Shown piece after piece: positions 52,171-62,617 of a stretch of 64,000 nt of DNA (the first letter of the stretch is position 1; each line of letters begins with the position of its first letter). The position numbers were made by a program, and so were the translations under genes. This DNA is from Polyangiales bacterium (GTDB taxonomy: Bacteria > Myxococcota_A > Polyangia > Polyangiales > Ga0077539), in the NCBI GenBank assembly GCA_044229975.1, contig JBGARZ010000005.1, positions 480,001 to 544,000 on the forward strand. Reading direction: 5' to 3'. Under the pieces are notes generated by a model that searched no databases, was not told the DNA's origin, and was given only the letters and a program-made list of their open reading frames with translations.

Positions 52171-53102
52171 GTCGCCCTCGCGTCGTCACGCACCATCGCC
52201 ACGAACGCGTCTTCAAGGGTCGCGCGCACCTCGACGGGCGCGGCATCGGGAACGCCCGCGGCGGTCATCGCCTCGCGCACCACGGCGGCCGGGTCGTGCT
52301 CGCGACCGGTGGTGACGCGCAGCCTCGACCCGAAGGGCGCGACCTCCTCGACACGCTGGTCGGCCCGCAGCGCGTCGAGCACGGCGTGCGCGTCGCAGTC
52401 GACCTCGGCGACGCGTAGTCCGCGGCGGGCCATGATCTCGGCGGGGCTCCCGGTGTCGAGCAGCGTGCCGCGAAACACAAACGCCAGGCGGTGACAGCGC
52501 TCGGCCTCGTCCATGTAGTGGGTGGTGACAATGACGGTGGTTCCGTCGCGTGCGATGCGGTGGATCTCGTCCCAGAAGGTGCGCCGGCTCACCGGGTCGA
52601 CGCCCGCCGTGGGCTCGTCGAGGAACACCAGCGGCGGCTCGTGCAGCATCGCGCACGCGAGGGCGACGCGCTGCTTCCAGCCGCCGGAGAGGGTTCCGGC
52701 GAGCTGGTCGGCGCGGGGGACGAGGCCGTTGCGCTCCAGCACCGCCGCCACGCGCTCGCGACGACGAGCGCCCGAGAGCGCGTAGAGGCCCGCATAGAAG
52801 AGGAGGTTCTCGCGGACGGTGAGGTCTTCGTAGAGCGAGAAGCGCTGGGTCATGTACCCGATGCGGGTCTTCACCTTCTCGGGTTCGGTCGCGATGTCGA
52901 AGCCCGCGACGGTGCCGGAGCCAGAGGTGGGCTTGAGCAGCCCGCAGAGCATGCGGATGGTGGTCGACTTGCCCGCGCCGTTGGAGCCGAGGATGCCGAA
53001 GATCTCCCCGCGACGAACGGAGAGCGACACGTCGCGCACGGCCACGAGCTTGCCGAAGGTGCGACCGAGGCTGCGCGTCTCGACGACGAGTTCGGCGCTC
53101 AT
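52167..53102 (-). CDS. ABC transporter ATP-binding protein (YbhF-like)
   Basis: GSNGAGKST, LSGGWKQR, LDEPT, THYMDEA. Confidence 0.95.
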   Translation of the reverse strand: MSAELVVETRSLGRTFGKLVAVRDVSLSVRRGEIFGILGSNGAGKSTTIRMLCGLLKPTSGSGTVAGFDIATEPEKVKTRIGYMTQRFSLYEDLTVRENLLFYAGLYALSGARRRERVAAVLERNGLVPRADQLAGTLSGGWKQRVALACAMLHEPPLVFLDEPTAGVDPVSRRTFWDEIHRIARDGTTVIVTTHYMDEAERCHRLAFVFRGTLLDTGSPAEIMARRGLRVAEVDCDAHAVLDALRADQRVEEVAPFGSRLRVTTGREHDPAAVVREAMTAAGVPDAAPVEVRATLEDAFVAMVRDDARAT

Positions 53103-54064
53103 GAGCCGAGCTCCACGGCGGCCGGGATGCCCGCGTGCAGGCGACCGTTGGGGTCGTCGATGCGCACCCTGACGCGCACCACGAGGTTGGGTCGCTCGCG
53201 CGGACTGAAGAGGAAGCGCGGCGTGTACTCCATGCGCCGCCCGACGAACTCCACCCTGCCCGCGTAGCGCGCACGATCACCGTCGACGCGCACCGTGACG
53301 GGAGCGCCGAGGCCCACCGCCGCGACGCCCGCCTGCGGGACGAAGACCTCCACGTACGGATGCGTGACGTCCGCCACCGTCACCACCGGAACCCCCGCCG
53401 CCACCACCTCGCCCGCCTCGATGTGCCGCTCCAACACCACCGCTCCCTGCGGCGCGTGCAGGGTGTATCGCGTGAGTCGCGCCTCCTCCGCGGAGAGCGC
53501 CGCCGTCGCCGCGTCCACCCTCGCCTGCGCCGCCGCGAGCTCCTGCGAGCGCGCCCCGTTGCGCATCGCCGCCAGCCGCTCGGTCAGGGCGCCGCGCTCT
53601 CCCCTCGCCCGCGCCCGCTGCGCCTCCAGGTCGTCGATGCCCGCGGTCGCCACGGCTCCCTGTGCGACGAGGCGTTGAGCGCGTTCGAGGCTGCGCTCCA
53701 CCACGGCCTCGGTCGAGCGCGCCGCCGCGAGCTGCGCCTCGACGCCGCGGATGTCCTCGCGACGCGTCCCCGCTTGCAGGAGACGGAGCTGCGCCCGCGC
53801 GGCGGCCACCTCGGCGGCGCGTGCATCACGGGCTGGTCGCTGGAGCCCGTCGTCGAGGGTCGCCACGACCTGACCCGCGGTGAGGGTCTGGCCGCGCTCG
53901 ACGGAGAGCGTCGCGACGCGCCCGCCGAGCTCGAAGCCAATGGCCCGATCGTCGAACTCGACCACGCCCTGGAGGGCCGTCGGCGCCCGGACCTCGGCCT
54001 GACGACAGCCCACGAACGCCCCGGAAAACAGCACCAACGCGAGGGCGTGATGGTTTTTTATCAT
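53099..54064 (-). CDS. HlyD-family membrane fusion protein (YbhG-like)
   Basis: Lipoyl halves, coiled coil, EYTPR. Confidence 0.9.
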   Translation of the reverse strand: MIKNHHALALVLFSGAFVGCRQAEVRAPTALQGVVEFDDRAIGFELGGRVATLSVERGQTLTAGQVVATLDDGLQRPARDARAAEVAAARAQLRLLQAGTRREDIRGVEAQLAAARSTEAVVERSLERAQRLVAQGAVATAGIDDLEAQRARARGERGALTERLAAMRNGARSQELAAAQARVDAATAALSAEEARLTRYTLHAPQGAVVLERHIEAGEVVAAGVPVVTVADVTHPYVEVFVPQAGVAAVGLGAPVTVRVDGDRARYAGRVEFVGRRMEYTPRFLFSPRERPNLVVRVRVRIDDPNGRLHAGIPAAVELGS

Positions 54065-54148
54065 GCGTCTGATAATGGGTTAGTCCGCGCTGGCCGACAA
54101 GGGGCCCCCGGCCGTGTCGCCGCGGAGGTTGGTAGGCTTCGACCGCCG

Positions 54149-54496
54149 ATGGTCACCCCGCATGTCGCCGTGCGCGCCTTCCTCGCCGTGTCGCTCTCCG
54201 TGGGCATCGCAGGCGCACAGCCGCGCCCCGCTCCGTCGACGCGGAGCCCGATGGACGAAGCCCGCGCGTGCCTCCACAACAACCCGAGGGATCTGGCCGC
54301 TGGCAACCTGTGCGTCGTCCTGGCGCTCAGCGGACGCGCCACACCGCAGCCCGAGATCGCCCTGCTCGCGGCCATCCATGGAAGGCTCCGCCAGGGCGGC
54401 GACGCGACCCGCATGATGCGGATCTACCTCCGGCGATTCCCCGACGGATCCAGCGCCCCGTCGTTCCGGCAGTACCTGGAAATGAACGCGCGGTGA
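54149..54496 (+). CDS. Small exported helical protein
   Basis: Signal peptide; ARAC...CVV.AL.GRA; YLRRFP. Confidence 0.55.
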   Translation: MVTPHVAVRAFLAVSLSVGIAGAQPRPAPSTRSPMDEARACLHNNPRDLAAGNLCVVLALSGRATPQPEIALLAAIHGRLRQGGDATRMMRIYLRRFPDGSSAPSFRQYLEMNAR

Positions 54497-54894
54497 CGAC
54501 CCGCCACGCCGCCTGCACCTGCGGCCAGTTGCGCCTCACCTGTGATGGCGATCCGATCAGGGTCTCCGTCTGCCACTGCCTCGCCTGTCAGCGGCGCACG
54601 GGCAGCGCGTTCGGCGCGCAGGCCCGCTTCCATCGCGAGCAGGTGGTGGCCATCGAGGGCGACGCGACGCCGTTCATCCGCGTCGGTGATAGCGGCACCG
54701 CCATCACGTTTCACTTCTGCCCGGCGTGCGGCTCCACCGTCTACTGGTTGATCCCGACGTGGCCGGACTTCGTCGTGGTCGCGGTGGGGTCCTTCGCCGA
54801 CCCGGCGTTTCCTCCACCGACGGTGTCCATCTACGAAGCGCGGCAGCACCCGTGGATGACCTTCACCGCCTCGGACGTGGAGCACATCGAGTAG
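54493..54894 (+). CDS. GFA / CENP-V family protein
   Basis: CTCG, CHC..CQRRTGSAF, FCP.CGS. Confidence 0.93.
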   Translation: MTTRHAACTCGQLRLTCDGDPIRVSVCHCLACQRRTGSAFGAQARFHREQVVAIEGDATPFIRVGDSGTAITFHFCPACGSTVYWLIPTWPDFVVVAVGSFADPAFPPPTVSIYEARQHPWMTFTASDVEHIE

Positions 54895-55043
54895 CGCTGC
54901 GCGGGTCGTCTCCGGGCTTCGGAGCCGTCGTGCCTTCGGGCACAACACGAACGACGGGCGGCGATCGCGACTGTAAGGCCATCACCACCGCGCGCGTTGT
55001 GCGACGCCGGTCACGCCACAGCGTCACCGCGGAGGTCTTGCGC

Positions 55044-55802
55044 ATGAAATCCTTCTCCTTCCTTCTTCGTGGCTTCGCGTTGGCGGGCCTCCTCTCCGCC
55101 GGGTGCAGCACGGCAGTTCATCGGCCCGGGATCGCGACCGCCTTCGACGCCCACCCCGGGAGGGAGATCACCGACGACGACATCCGCGTGGCGTTCAGCG
55201 CGCGTCCGCAGCTCCCTGCGCAGTTGCGCGTGGCGTACTTCTCCAATGACCCCGCGCGCGACGCCGAGATCGAGGGCGCGGTCGCGTCCATCCCCGACGT
55301 GGCCGGGGTGTACCGCATCCCCTCGGTGCTCGTGACCGGTCGCCGACGCTTCGACGAGACGCGGTCGTGGGACCCGCCGCGTGAGGTCGGCATCCACGCG
55401 CTGCGGCTCCTCGCGGCGAGGGCGCGCTGCGACGCGCTGGTGGTCTTCGACTACGGCAGCCGGATCGAGCGCAGCGCCAACGGCTACGCGGCGCTCAACG
55501 CGCTGGTGGTCCCGGTCTTCTTCGCGCCCTTCCTCGAAGCGCGCGTGGAGAGCTACCTCGACGCCTACGTGATCGACGTCCGCAACGGCTACCTCTACCG
55601 CCACGTCAACGCCGCGCAGCGGGGCGAGACGTCGCGGCTCACCATGTGGTCGGAGGCCGACCGGCGCCTCGTCGAGAGCCAGTGGACGACCCTGCTCGCC
55701 GACACACGGCGCGACCTCGCCGCGGCCTTCGTCGAGGGGCGCTCACCGCCCGCGCCGATTGACGTCGCCGCGACCGCGAGCGCCCACCCGCCGACGCGCT
55801 GA
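55044..55802 (+). CDS. Lipoprotein (rhombotarget-lipoprotein-like)
   Basis: GGAGG RBS; LSAGC lipobox; LRLLAAR...D, DAYVIDVRNGYLY. Confidence 0.7.
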   Translation: MKSFSFLLRGFALAGLLSAGCSTAVHRPGIATAFDAHPGREITDDDIRVAFSARPQLPAQLRVAYFSNDPARDAEIEGAVASIPDVAGVYRIPSVLVTGRRRFDETRSWDPPREVGIHALRLLAARARCDALVVFDYGSRIERSANGYAALNALVVPVFFAPFLEARVESYLDAYVIDVRNGYLYRHVNAAQRGETSRLTMWSEADRRLVESQWTTLLADTRRDLAAAFVEGRSPPAPIDVAATASAHPPTR

Positions 55803-55949
55803 GGCGGCGTCGGAGTCACTCCTCTTCGGGTCACTGCGTCCGGCTACCGCGCCACGAGCGTGCTGCACGTCGAACGCGACGCCGTCGGGCGTAGCCGCGA
55901 GCACGATGGACGGCGGGCGAGGTGCCGCGCCGGGGTGACAGCACGGAGT

Positions 55950-58097
55950 TCATGGTCTTGGCGCGCGGGCGCGGTAGAGGGTGAGCACGACCTCGTCGCC
56001 GTCCTGGAGCGACAGCACGCTGTGCGTCGCGCCGCTCGCGTCGACGACGGTGCGTCCGACGTTGACCGAGTCATAGACGTGCGAGCGATAGCGGGCGCTC
56101 GCAACAGGCGTGAGGTCGATGGCCTCGTGCAGCGCGGCGCACGCCGGCGCCAGCGGCGACGAGGCGGGCCGGTGGCTCCAGCAGGTGAGGCCCTCGTAGA
56201 CCATCAGGCACCGCGGCGGTTGACGGAGCAGCTCCAGCGCCTCGGGCGTCAGCACTTCGGCAGGGGCGCGCGACGATGGGAGGGCACCGAGGGAGACGAC
56301 GTTCCAGGCGGGGCCGGCGACGCCGCGGCGGATGCGCTCGGCGAAGCGCTCCAGGCGCGACGCGTGGCGCATCGAGGCCACGGCGGTGTTGGTCGCCGGC
56401 TGAAACTCGAGCACGGTGCAGCCCTCCGGCACGAGGTCGCGCGCGCCGCGCAGGAACTCGTATTCGCGCATCTCGAAGTAGTCGACGTCGCGCTCGAAGC
56501 GCAGGTGCGCGACGGGCATCGCGGCGAGGTACGCGACCACCAACAAGCACATCCAGCGCGGGCCCTGGAGGAGCGCAGGCGTGGCGGCGGCGGCGAGCAG
56601 GACGAAGGGCGTCGCGAGGTTGAGGTGGTAGCGCGCCTGCATCGCGAGCGCGGTCGGGGTCACGTACGAGTGGACGACGAAGAAGCCCACCAGCCAGCAC
56701 AGGAGGAAGACCGCGCGCCGGGCCTCCCCGCGGCGCCACAGGCTCACCCCGCCGACGAGTGCCAGCACCGTGAGGCCGGGCGCCGAGCTCCACGGGTTGA
56801 GCAGCATGTTGAGCCGCGGGCTGAAGAAGGTCGCCAGCGCGGTGCGCAGCGTCTGGACGCTGAGGCCCTGGTTGATGTTCTGGCGGTGCAGCACCAGCAG
56901 GAACGTCACCACCGAAAACGCCGCCGCGACCGTCATGAGGGCGGCTGCGAGGAGGCGCCGGGCGCGCGGCGCGTCGCGCGAGACGACGACGATGCCGCCG
57001 AGGTCGAGCAGGTAGAAGACGATCGCCTCGGGGCGGGCGGTGTACGTCGCGACGCAGAGCAGCGGCAGGGCGCCGAAGCAGACCAGGCGCCAGCGAGGCG
57101 AAGGGTCCGTGACCGCGCAATACAGGACCACGAAGGTGAGCGACGAGGTCAGCAGCGACTGCACGATCTCGACGTCGCTGTGGGAGAAGCGGATGTGCAG
57201 CGGGAGGAGCGCCAGCATCGCCGCGGCGGCGAGCGCGCTGCGACGGTCCTTGAGCACGTAGTGGGCGTGCGCGAACATCACCAGTGGGGCGGCGACGGCG
57301 AGGAACAAGGTCGCGTGGTGGATCGTCTCCGCGAGGCGAAACGTGGCGCCCGTCAGCCGGCTGATGGCGGACAGCATGACGCCGCCGTAGGCGTGCGCTG
57401 CGAGCGGGACCGTGCGCGCGTACGACCACGCCGTCATGGGCGCCTCGCGCGCGATGGCGAGGCGGAGCAACAGACCGCCGAGGGTGATCCCCGCGAGGGC
57501 CCACGAGTCCCGCGCGGGTGCGCCGCGTAGCAGCCGTCGGATCACCAGCAGCGTGAAGGCCAGACCGGCGATCGACAGCAGGACGCCATCGGTCAACACC
57601 GCCACCAGACCGCCGCCAGCGGGGCGCGGTCCACCCGGCCGCGGGGACGACGCGATCCGCGGACCGGGAGGAGGTTCGCGATGCAGCCGCGATGGGAGGG
57701 CGGGGCGTGACTGAACGCAAGCGCCCACGCGATCGAGCGCCGCGCGCAGCGGCGCCGGAGCGGCCGCCCACGACGGAAACTCCCCCACTGGCGAGAGTGC
57801 CCAATCGCCCACGACGCGGAAGCCCGGGTGCGGTCGGCGGGCGATCTCGACCCGCAGCGGAGCGGCTCCATCGACGGAGGCCGACAGCACGATGAGGCCG
57901 TCGTTGGGGCACACCTCGCGGGTGATCGTGAGCTCACGGGCCGCGGCGCAACGGTCGACCCACGCTTCCACTTCCGGGAGGCAGGACGTCGGCCGAGCTC
58001 CGCGGCGCGACCCGCCCCCGCACGCGACGAGCACGACCACCGCGACCAGCCAGACGACCCACCGCGCCCGGTCGCCCCGCTGGGTCGCCTCGCTCAT
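55950..58097 (-). CDS. Polytopic membrane protein, GT-C glycosyltransferase-like
   Basis: Many TMs; AA.LALLPLHIRFS.S, RPE, RYH. Confidence 0.7.
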   Translation of the reverse strand: MSEATQRGDRARWVVWLVAVVVLVACGGGSRRGARPTSCLPEVEAWVDRCAAARELTITREVCPNDGLIVLSASVDGAAPLRVEIARRPHPGFRVVGDWALSPVGEFPSWAAAPAPLRAALDRVGACVQSRPALPSRLHREPPPGPRIASSPRPGGPRPAGGGLVAVLTDGVLLSIAGLAFTLLVIRRLLRGAPARDSWALAGITLGGLLLRLAIAREAPMTAWSYARTVPLAAHAYGGVMLSAISRLTGATFRLAETIHHATLFLAVAAPLVMFAHAHYVLKDRRSALAAAAMLALLPLHIRFSHSDVEIVQSLLTSSLTFVVLYCAVTDPSPRWRLVCFGALPLLCVATYTARPEAIVFYLLDLGGIVVVSRDAPRARRLLAAALMTVAAAFSVVTFLLVLHRQNINQGLSVQTLRTALATFFSPRLNMLLNPWSSAPGLTVLALVGGVSLWRRGEARRAVFLLCWLVGFFVVHSYVTPTALAMQARYHLNLATPFVLLAAAATPALLQGPRWMCLLVVAYLAAMPVAHLRFERDVDYFEMREYEFLRGARDLVPEGCTVLEFQPATNTAVASMRHASRLERFAERIRRGVAGPAWNVVSLGALPSSRAPAEVLTPEALELLRQPPRCLMVYEGLTCWSHRPASSPLAPACAALHEAIDLTPVASARYRSHVYDSVNVGRTVVDASGATHSVLSLQDGDEVVLTLYRARAPRP

Positions 58098-58115
58098 TCG
58101 CCCCTCAGTCCCCGC

Positions 58116-59915
58116 TCAAAACCAGTCCGGCCGCGCCTCCGCGTACGCCCGATCGCCCGCTCGGATGCGCGCCACCAGCAACCCCGCCCGCGGCAGCTCG
58201 CTCACGACCCAGTACCGCGCCGCCGCCAGCTTGCCCCGATAGAAGTCCGCCGACGCTCCGCCCCCGTCACCCTTCGCGAGCCCGCGCTGCGCCGCCGCGG
58301 CCATCGCGATCCACTGCCACCCGACGACCACCACGCCCATCAGGTCGAGGTAGTCCGTCGCGTGCAGCAGCATCCCCTCGCGATCGCCCGCCATGCCCTT
58401 CGCGCCGAGCTCCATCGTCAGCCCGCCCAGCGCCTCCACCGTCGACGCCAGCGCGTCGCACCACGCAGCCTCGACGCCCGCCGTTCGCGCGTCATCGACC
58501 GCCGCCGCGATCGTCGCCCCGAGCGTCATCAGCGACGCGCCGCCCTCGGCCATCACCTTGCGGCCCAGCAGGTCCATCGCCTGGATGCCGGTGGTGCCCT
58601 CGTGGATGGTGTTGAGCTTCTGGTCGCGCAGCCACGCCTCGGGCAGGTACTCGCTCGTGTACCCATAACCCCCGTGGATCTGCACCGCGAGCGCGTTGCT
58701 CTCGAAGCCGCGCTCCGCGGGAAAGCTCTTCGCGATGGGCGTCAGCAGGTCGAGCATCCGCTGGGCATCGCGCCGCGCGTCTTCGCCCGCCGCGTGCGCC
58801 GCGAGGTCGACGTAGAGCGCCGTCTGCGCCAGCAGCGCGAGGCTGCCCTCCACGATCGCCTTCTGCGCGAGCAGCATCCGCCGCACGTCCGCGTGCTCGA
58901 TGATCGCGACCATCTCGCCGCCGCCGCTCCCCGCGAGCGCTCGGCCCTGCGGGCGCGTCCGCGCGTACTCCAGCGACTCGTGGTAGGCGACCGACGCGGT
59001 GGCGGCGGCGTTCATGCCGACCATCAATCGCGCCTCGTTCATCATCTGGAACATGCACGCGAGCCCGCGCCCTTCGGGGCCCACGAGCCAGCCGTGACAG
59101 TCGCCCTCGTCGCCGAGGTTGAGCGCGATGGAGGGCAATCCCTTCCAGCCCATCTTGTGAAACACGCCCGCGGCGACCGCGTCGTTGGGCACCAGCGCGC
59201 CGTTTTCGGGGCGTAGCCGCGGCACCGCGAAGAGCGACACGCCGCGCGTACCGTTGGGCGCTCCGTCGATGCGTGCGAGCACGAGGTGCACGATGTTTTC
59301 GGTGACGTCCTGGTCGCCGCCCGAGATGAACACCTTCGCGCCCTGCATCCGGTAGCTGCCGTCGGGTTGCGGCGTGGCGCGCGTGCGGATGTCCCCCAGC
59401 GACGAGCCCGCGTGCGGCTCGGTGAGGGCCATGGTTCCGGTCCAGACGCCTTCGTACATCGGGCGCATGAAGGTCTCGCGCAGCCACTCGCTGCCGAACG
59501 CTTCGAGCAGGTGCGACGCCCCGCTGGTGAGCCCGAGGTACGCGTACGCCGCCGCGTTGCCCGCCATCAGGTACCCCGTCGCCAGCGTCGCCACGACGTG
59601 CGGCAACTGCTGCCCGCCCACCTCGTGCGGCCGCGTCGGATGAACGAACCCCTGTTCGATCATCGCCGGGTAGAGCGTTCGCATCACCGGGTGCACCTGC
59701 ACCCTCCCCTCGACGAGGCGCGGCGGTTCGAGGTCCATCGCGCGGAAGGCCGGGAAGAGCACCTCGCGCGCGAGGCGCCGCGCGTTGTCGAGCACGAGGT
59801 CGAAGGTCTCGCGGTTGTAGCCCTCGAAGTACGAGAGGCTCCCGAGGCGCTCGACGTCGAGCACCTCGTACAACACGAAGGCCACGTCGCGATCGGAGAG
59901 GAGGGGATTGGTCAC
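58116..59915 (-). CDS. Acyl-CoA dehydrogenase
   Basis: [45 protein letters not shown]. Confidence 0.96.
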   Translation of the reverse strand: MTNPLLSDRDVAFVLYEVLDVERLGSLSYFEGYNRETFDLVLDNARRLAREVLFPAFRAMDLEPPRLVEGRVQVHPVMRTLYPAMIEQGFVHPTRPHEVGGQQLPHVVATLATGYLMAGNAAAYAYLGLTSGASHLLEAFGSEWLRETFMRPMYEGVWTGTMALTEPHAGSSLGDIRTRATPQPDGSYRMQGAKVFISGGDQDVTENIVHLVLARIDGAPNGTRGVSLFAVPRLRPENGALVPNDAVAAGVFHKMGWKGLPSIALNLGDEGDCHGWLVGPEGRGLACMFQMMNEARLMVGMNAAATASVAYHESLEYARTRPQGRALAGSGGGEMVAIIEHADVRRMLLAQKAIVEGSLALLAQTALYVDLAAHAAGEDARRDAQRMLDLLTPIAKSFPAERGFESNALAVQIHGGYGYTSEYLPEAWLRDQKLNTIHEGTTGIQAMDLLGRKVMAEGGASLMTLGATIAAAVDDARTAGVEAAWCDALASTVEALGGLTMELGAKGMAGDREGMLLHATDYLDLMGVVVVGWQWIAMAAAAQRGLAKGDGGGASADFYRGKLAAARYWVVSELPRAGLLVARIRAGDRAYAEARPDWF

Positions 59916-59922
59916 TGGGGTC

Positions 59923-61494
59923 TCACTTCACGGGGAGCGCGGCGCCCGCTGCCTGCGCCGTCACGTCGAGCCGAAACGACGACCGCGACCCCGGCGACGG
60001 GGCCGCGATCCAGATCGACGTCGAGCCCACGGGGAAGTCGGCCGCCAGCGTCGCGGAGCGGGTGCTCCGGCCGTCGACGCACTGCATGTCTCCGGTCGGG
60101 CCGCGCAGCAGCATCATGATGGGGAGGTGCGACGAGGCCGTGACCGTCACCCGTCGACGCGACGCGGAGGTCATGCGGAGCTGCGGCGCCGACGACAGGT
60201 AGCCCGCGCATCCCGGCGCAATCGTGCTCGCCGACAGCGAGCCCGTCACGAGGCCCGCGAGGTGCGTGTCGGGCGCCGCGTAGTCGAGGTCGAGGGCCGT
60301 GACGGTGGGCCTGCTCATCGGTGAGAGCCCGTTGGCCAGCGGGGTCGCCTCCACCGTGGACTCGGACTGGACGCTCAGCGTGAAGGGCGCGCGGGGGCCG
60401 CTGCTGAAGGTTCCGACCCACACCTGGACGATGCCCGGCGTGGCGAAGGTCTCGATGCGCGGCTGGTTGCCGACCGAGTCATCGTCGCAGTGGAGGGCGC
60501 CCGACGGGTCACGCACGACCATGGTGAGGTCGGTCGTCGAGGCCGTGGTGAGCACGACACGGCGCTGGTCGCGCACCGTCAGCGAGAGGTGCGGAACGGC
60601 CGAGATGTACCCGCGGCAGTTGCTGCCGAGCGTCGACGCGGAGAGCAGGCCGCCCGCGACGCCCTCGCGCGTCGTGGTGCTCGACAGACCGCTCAGCGCC
60701 ACGACACCGAGCGTCGGGGCGGCGGCCACGGCGAGGCCGTTGGCGAGCGGCACGGAGCCCACCGCCTCGCTGTCGACCAGGGCCTCGAACGACACCGCCG
60801 ACGACTCGCTGTAGCGCCCGAACCACACCGGGTAGACGCCCGGCGTGAGGGAGAGCGTGAGCCGGGGGTTGGTGCCCTCGCCGCCGTCGTCGTCGCAGCG
60901 CCACAGGCCCGACGCATCGCGCACCGCGAGGGTGAGGTCGCCGGTGCCGCGCGAGGTGATGGTCACCTGCTGCGTGGTGGTGACCCGCAGCACGAGGTGG
61001 GGCGCCGACGAGAAGTGCCCGCGGCACGCCGAGGAGAGCCGGTTGGCCGCGATGGAGCCGTTGGCGATGGCGGGGAAGGATCGTCCCGCGGTGGGCGCGG
61101 CGCCGAGGACGACGGTGCCGGCCGTGGGCGCGGCGTGCAGATCGACGCTCGGGATGAAGCTGCCGCCATTGCGCATGACCGAGAAGGCCACGCCGCCGCC
61201 GACGGCCGCGATGGCGACCATGGCCACGAGGCCGGTGACGCACCCCGCGCTGCCGGTGCTGGGCGGTGCGGCCGCCGGGCGGTAGACGTTGGCCGTCGAC
61301 GGCGCGCTGGTGCTGGTGCTCGTGGTGGGCGGTGACTGCCACGTCGGAGGCGGCTGCCAACCGGGCGGCGTCTGGATCGCCGCGGTGCGCATCGCCTTCA
61401 CCTGGCTGGTCGCACCACAGTACGAGCACTGAACCAACCGCTGGCCGTCCACCACGTTGAGGGGCGCGCCGCACTTCTTGCACTCGACAATCAC
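59923..61494 (-). CDS. Zn-ribbon + TM + three PPC-like repeat protein
   Basis: CKKCGAPL...CSYCG; TM; 3x C.G..S..P(H/Q)L, two with CDDD. Confidence 0.8.
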   Translation of the reverse strand: MIVECKKCGAPLNVVDGQRLVQCSYCGATSQVKAMRTAAIQTPPGWQPPPTWQSPPTTSTSTSAPSTANVYRPAAAPPSTGSAGCVTGLVAMVAIAAVGGGVAFSVMRNGGSFIPSVDLHAAPTAGTVVLGAAPTAGRSFPAIANGSIAANRLSSACRGHFSSAPHLVLRVTTTQQVTITSRGTGDLTLAVRDASGLWRCDDDGGEGTNPRLTLSLTPGVYPVWFGRYSESSAVSFEALVDSEAVGSVPLANGLAVAAAPTLGVVALSGLSSTTTREGVAGGLLSASTLGSNCRGYISAVPHLSLTVRDQRRVVLTTASTTDLTMVVRDPSGALHCDDDSVGNQPRIETFATPGIVQVWVGTFSSGPRAPFTLSVQSESTVEATPLANGLSPMSRPTVTALDLDYAAPDTHLAGLVTGSLSASTIAPGCAGYLSSAPQLRMTSASRRRVTVTASSHLPIMMLLRGPTGDMQCVDGRSTRSATLAADFPVGSTSIWIAAPSPGSRSSFRLDVTAQAAGAALPVK

Positions 61495-61553
61495 GCGGCC
61501 ATCGTACCCCGATCACCTGGTCGTTGCGATCGGCGTCGAGGCACCACTCACCC

Positions 61554-62315
61554 TCACCCGAACAGGAACCGCAGCGCCCCGGGCAGTCGGCGACGCCACG
61601 CGCGCTCGTGGTGTCGGCCGGTCGCCTCGATCTTGAATCGCAGCCGGTCCTCTCCGTAGCCACGCGCGGTGAGCAGGCGGGCCATCTGCGTGGCCGTCGC
61701 GATCATGCCGTGGCGCGACTCGCGACCGCCCACGTCGAGGTAGATCTTCGAGGTGCGCGGGAGCTCGACGCGCGCCACGAGGTCGGCCATCGCCCCGCGC
61801 GCAAACCACAGCGACGGCGACATGCACAGCGCCCCGCCGAAGACCTCGGGGTGGCGCAGGTGCGCGTAGAGCGCCGCGAGCCCACCGAGCGAGCTGCCTC
61901 CGATGACGGTGAGCGCGGGGTCGTCCGAGAGGTCGAGCGCGGTGCGGGCGCGCGGGAGGAGAGACGCAGCGATCCAACGGGCGAGGGCGTCGCCACCGCC
62001 GCCGCGATGGCCGTCGCGGAAGGGAGCGAGCTCGTCGATGCGCGCGTGGTGGCCGTGGTCGACGGCGAGGACCACCGGCGGATTGGCGCGGCGCGCGGCG
62101 TAGCGGTCGACGGCGTGGTGGGCGTGCCAGGCGCCCGCGAAGGAGCCGGCGTCGTCGAAGATGTTCTGGCCGTCGAAGAGCACGAGCACCGGGCGCGGGG
62201 TCGCGCGCTTCGGGCGACGGGCCGGGAGGTAGGCGCGCACGCGGCGGTGCGAGGCGATCTCGGGGATGTCGAAGTGGCCGAGCTCGACGAGCCGACCCGC
62301 GGGAGAAGTGGTCAT
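61554..62315 (-). CDS. Esterase-family alpha/beta hydrolase
   Basis: DGQNIF, GGSSLGG, SPSLW, HHE.AW..R. Confidence 0.9.
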   Translation of the reverse strand: MTTSPAGRLVELGHFDIPEIASHRRVRAYLPARRPKRATPRPVLVLFDGQNIFDDAGSFAGAWHAHHAVDRYAARRANPPVVLAVDHGHHARIDELAPFRDGHRGGGGDALARWIAASLLPRARTALDLSDDPALTVIGGSSLGGLAALYAHLRHPEVFGGALCMSPSLWFARGAMADLVARVELPRTSKIYLDVGGRESRHGMIATATQMARLLTARGYGEDRLRFKIEATGRHHERAWRRRLPGALRFLFG

Positions 62316-62349
62316 GACGACTCACCCCGTCGACGTTCGCGCCGTGGGG

Positions 62350-62593
62350 GCCGGGGTTCACGGTGCAGGCTCCGTGTCCGTCGCGCTCCGTTCACCCCGG
62401 ACAATGGTAGGGGGTCACCCCGCCGCTGCGCGACGGGGTTGCAAGGGAAGTCACCGCCTCCCGCTCTTCGTCGGTCAGGAGTGTGATGGATCTCGGGCCT
62501 GCAACCCCGTCGCGCAGCGGCGGGGTGACCCCCTACCATGGACCGGGGTGAACGGAGCGCGACGGACGCGGAGCCTGCACCGTGAACCCCGGC
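62350..62593. repeat. REPIN/MITE-like element C: 94-bp inverted repeat (3 mismatches) with 56-bp spacer
   Basis: 62350-62443 versus 62500-62593. Confidence 0.9.
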
Positions 62594-62617
62594 TCCACTT
62601 CGCGAACATCGGTATGA

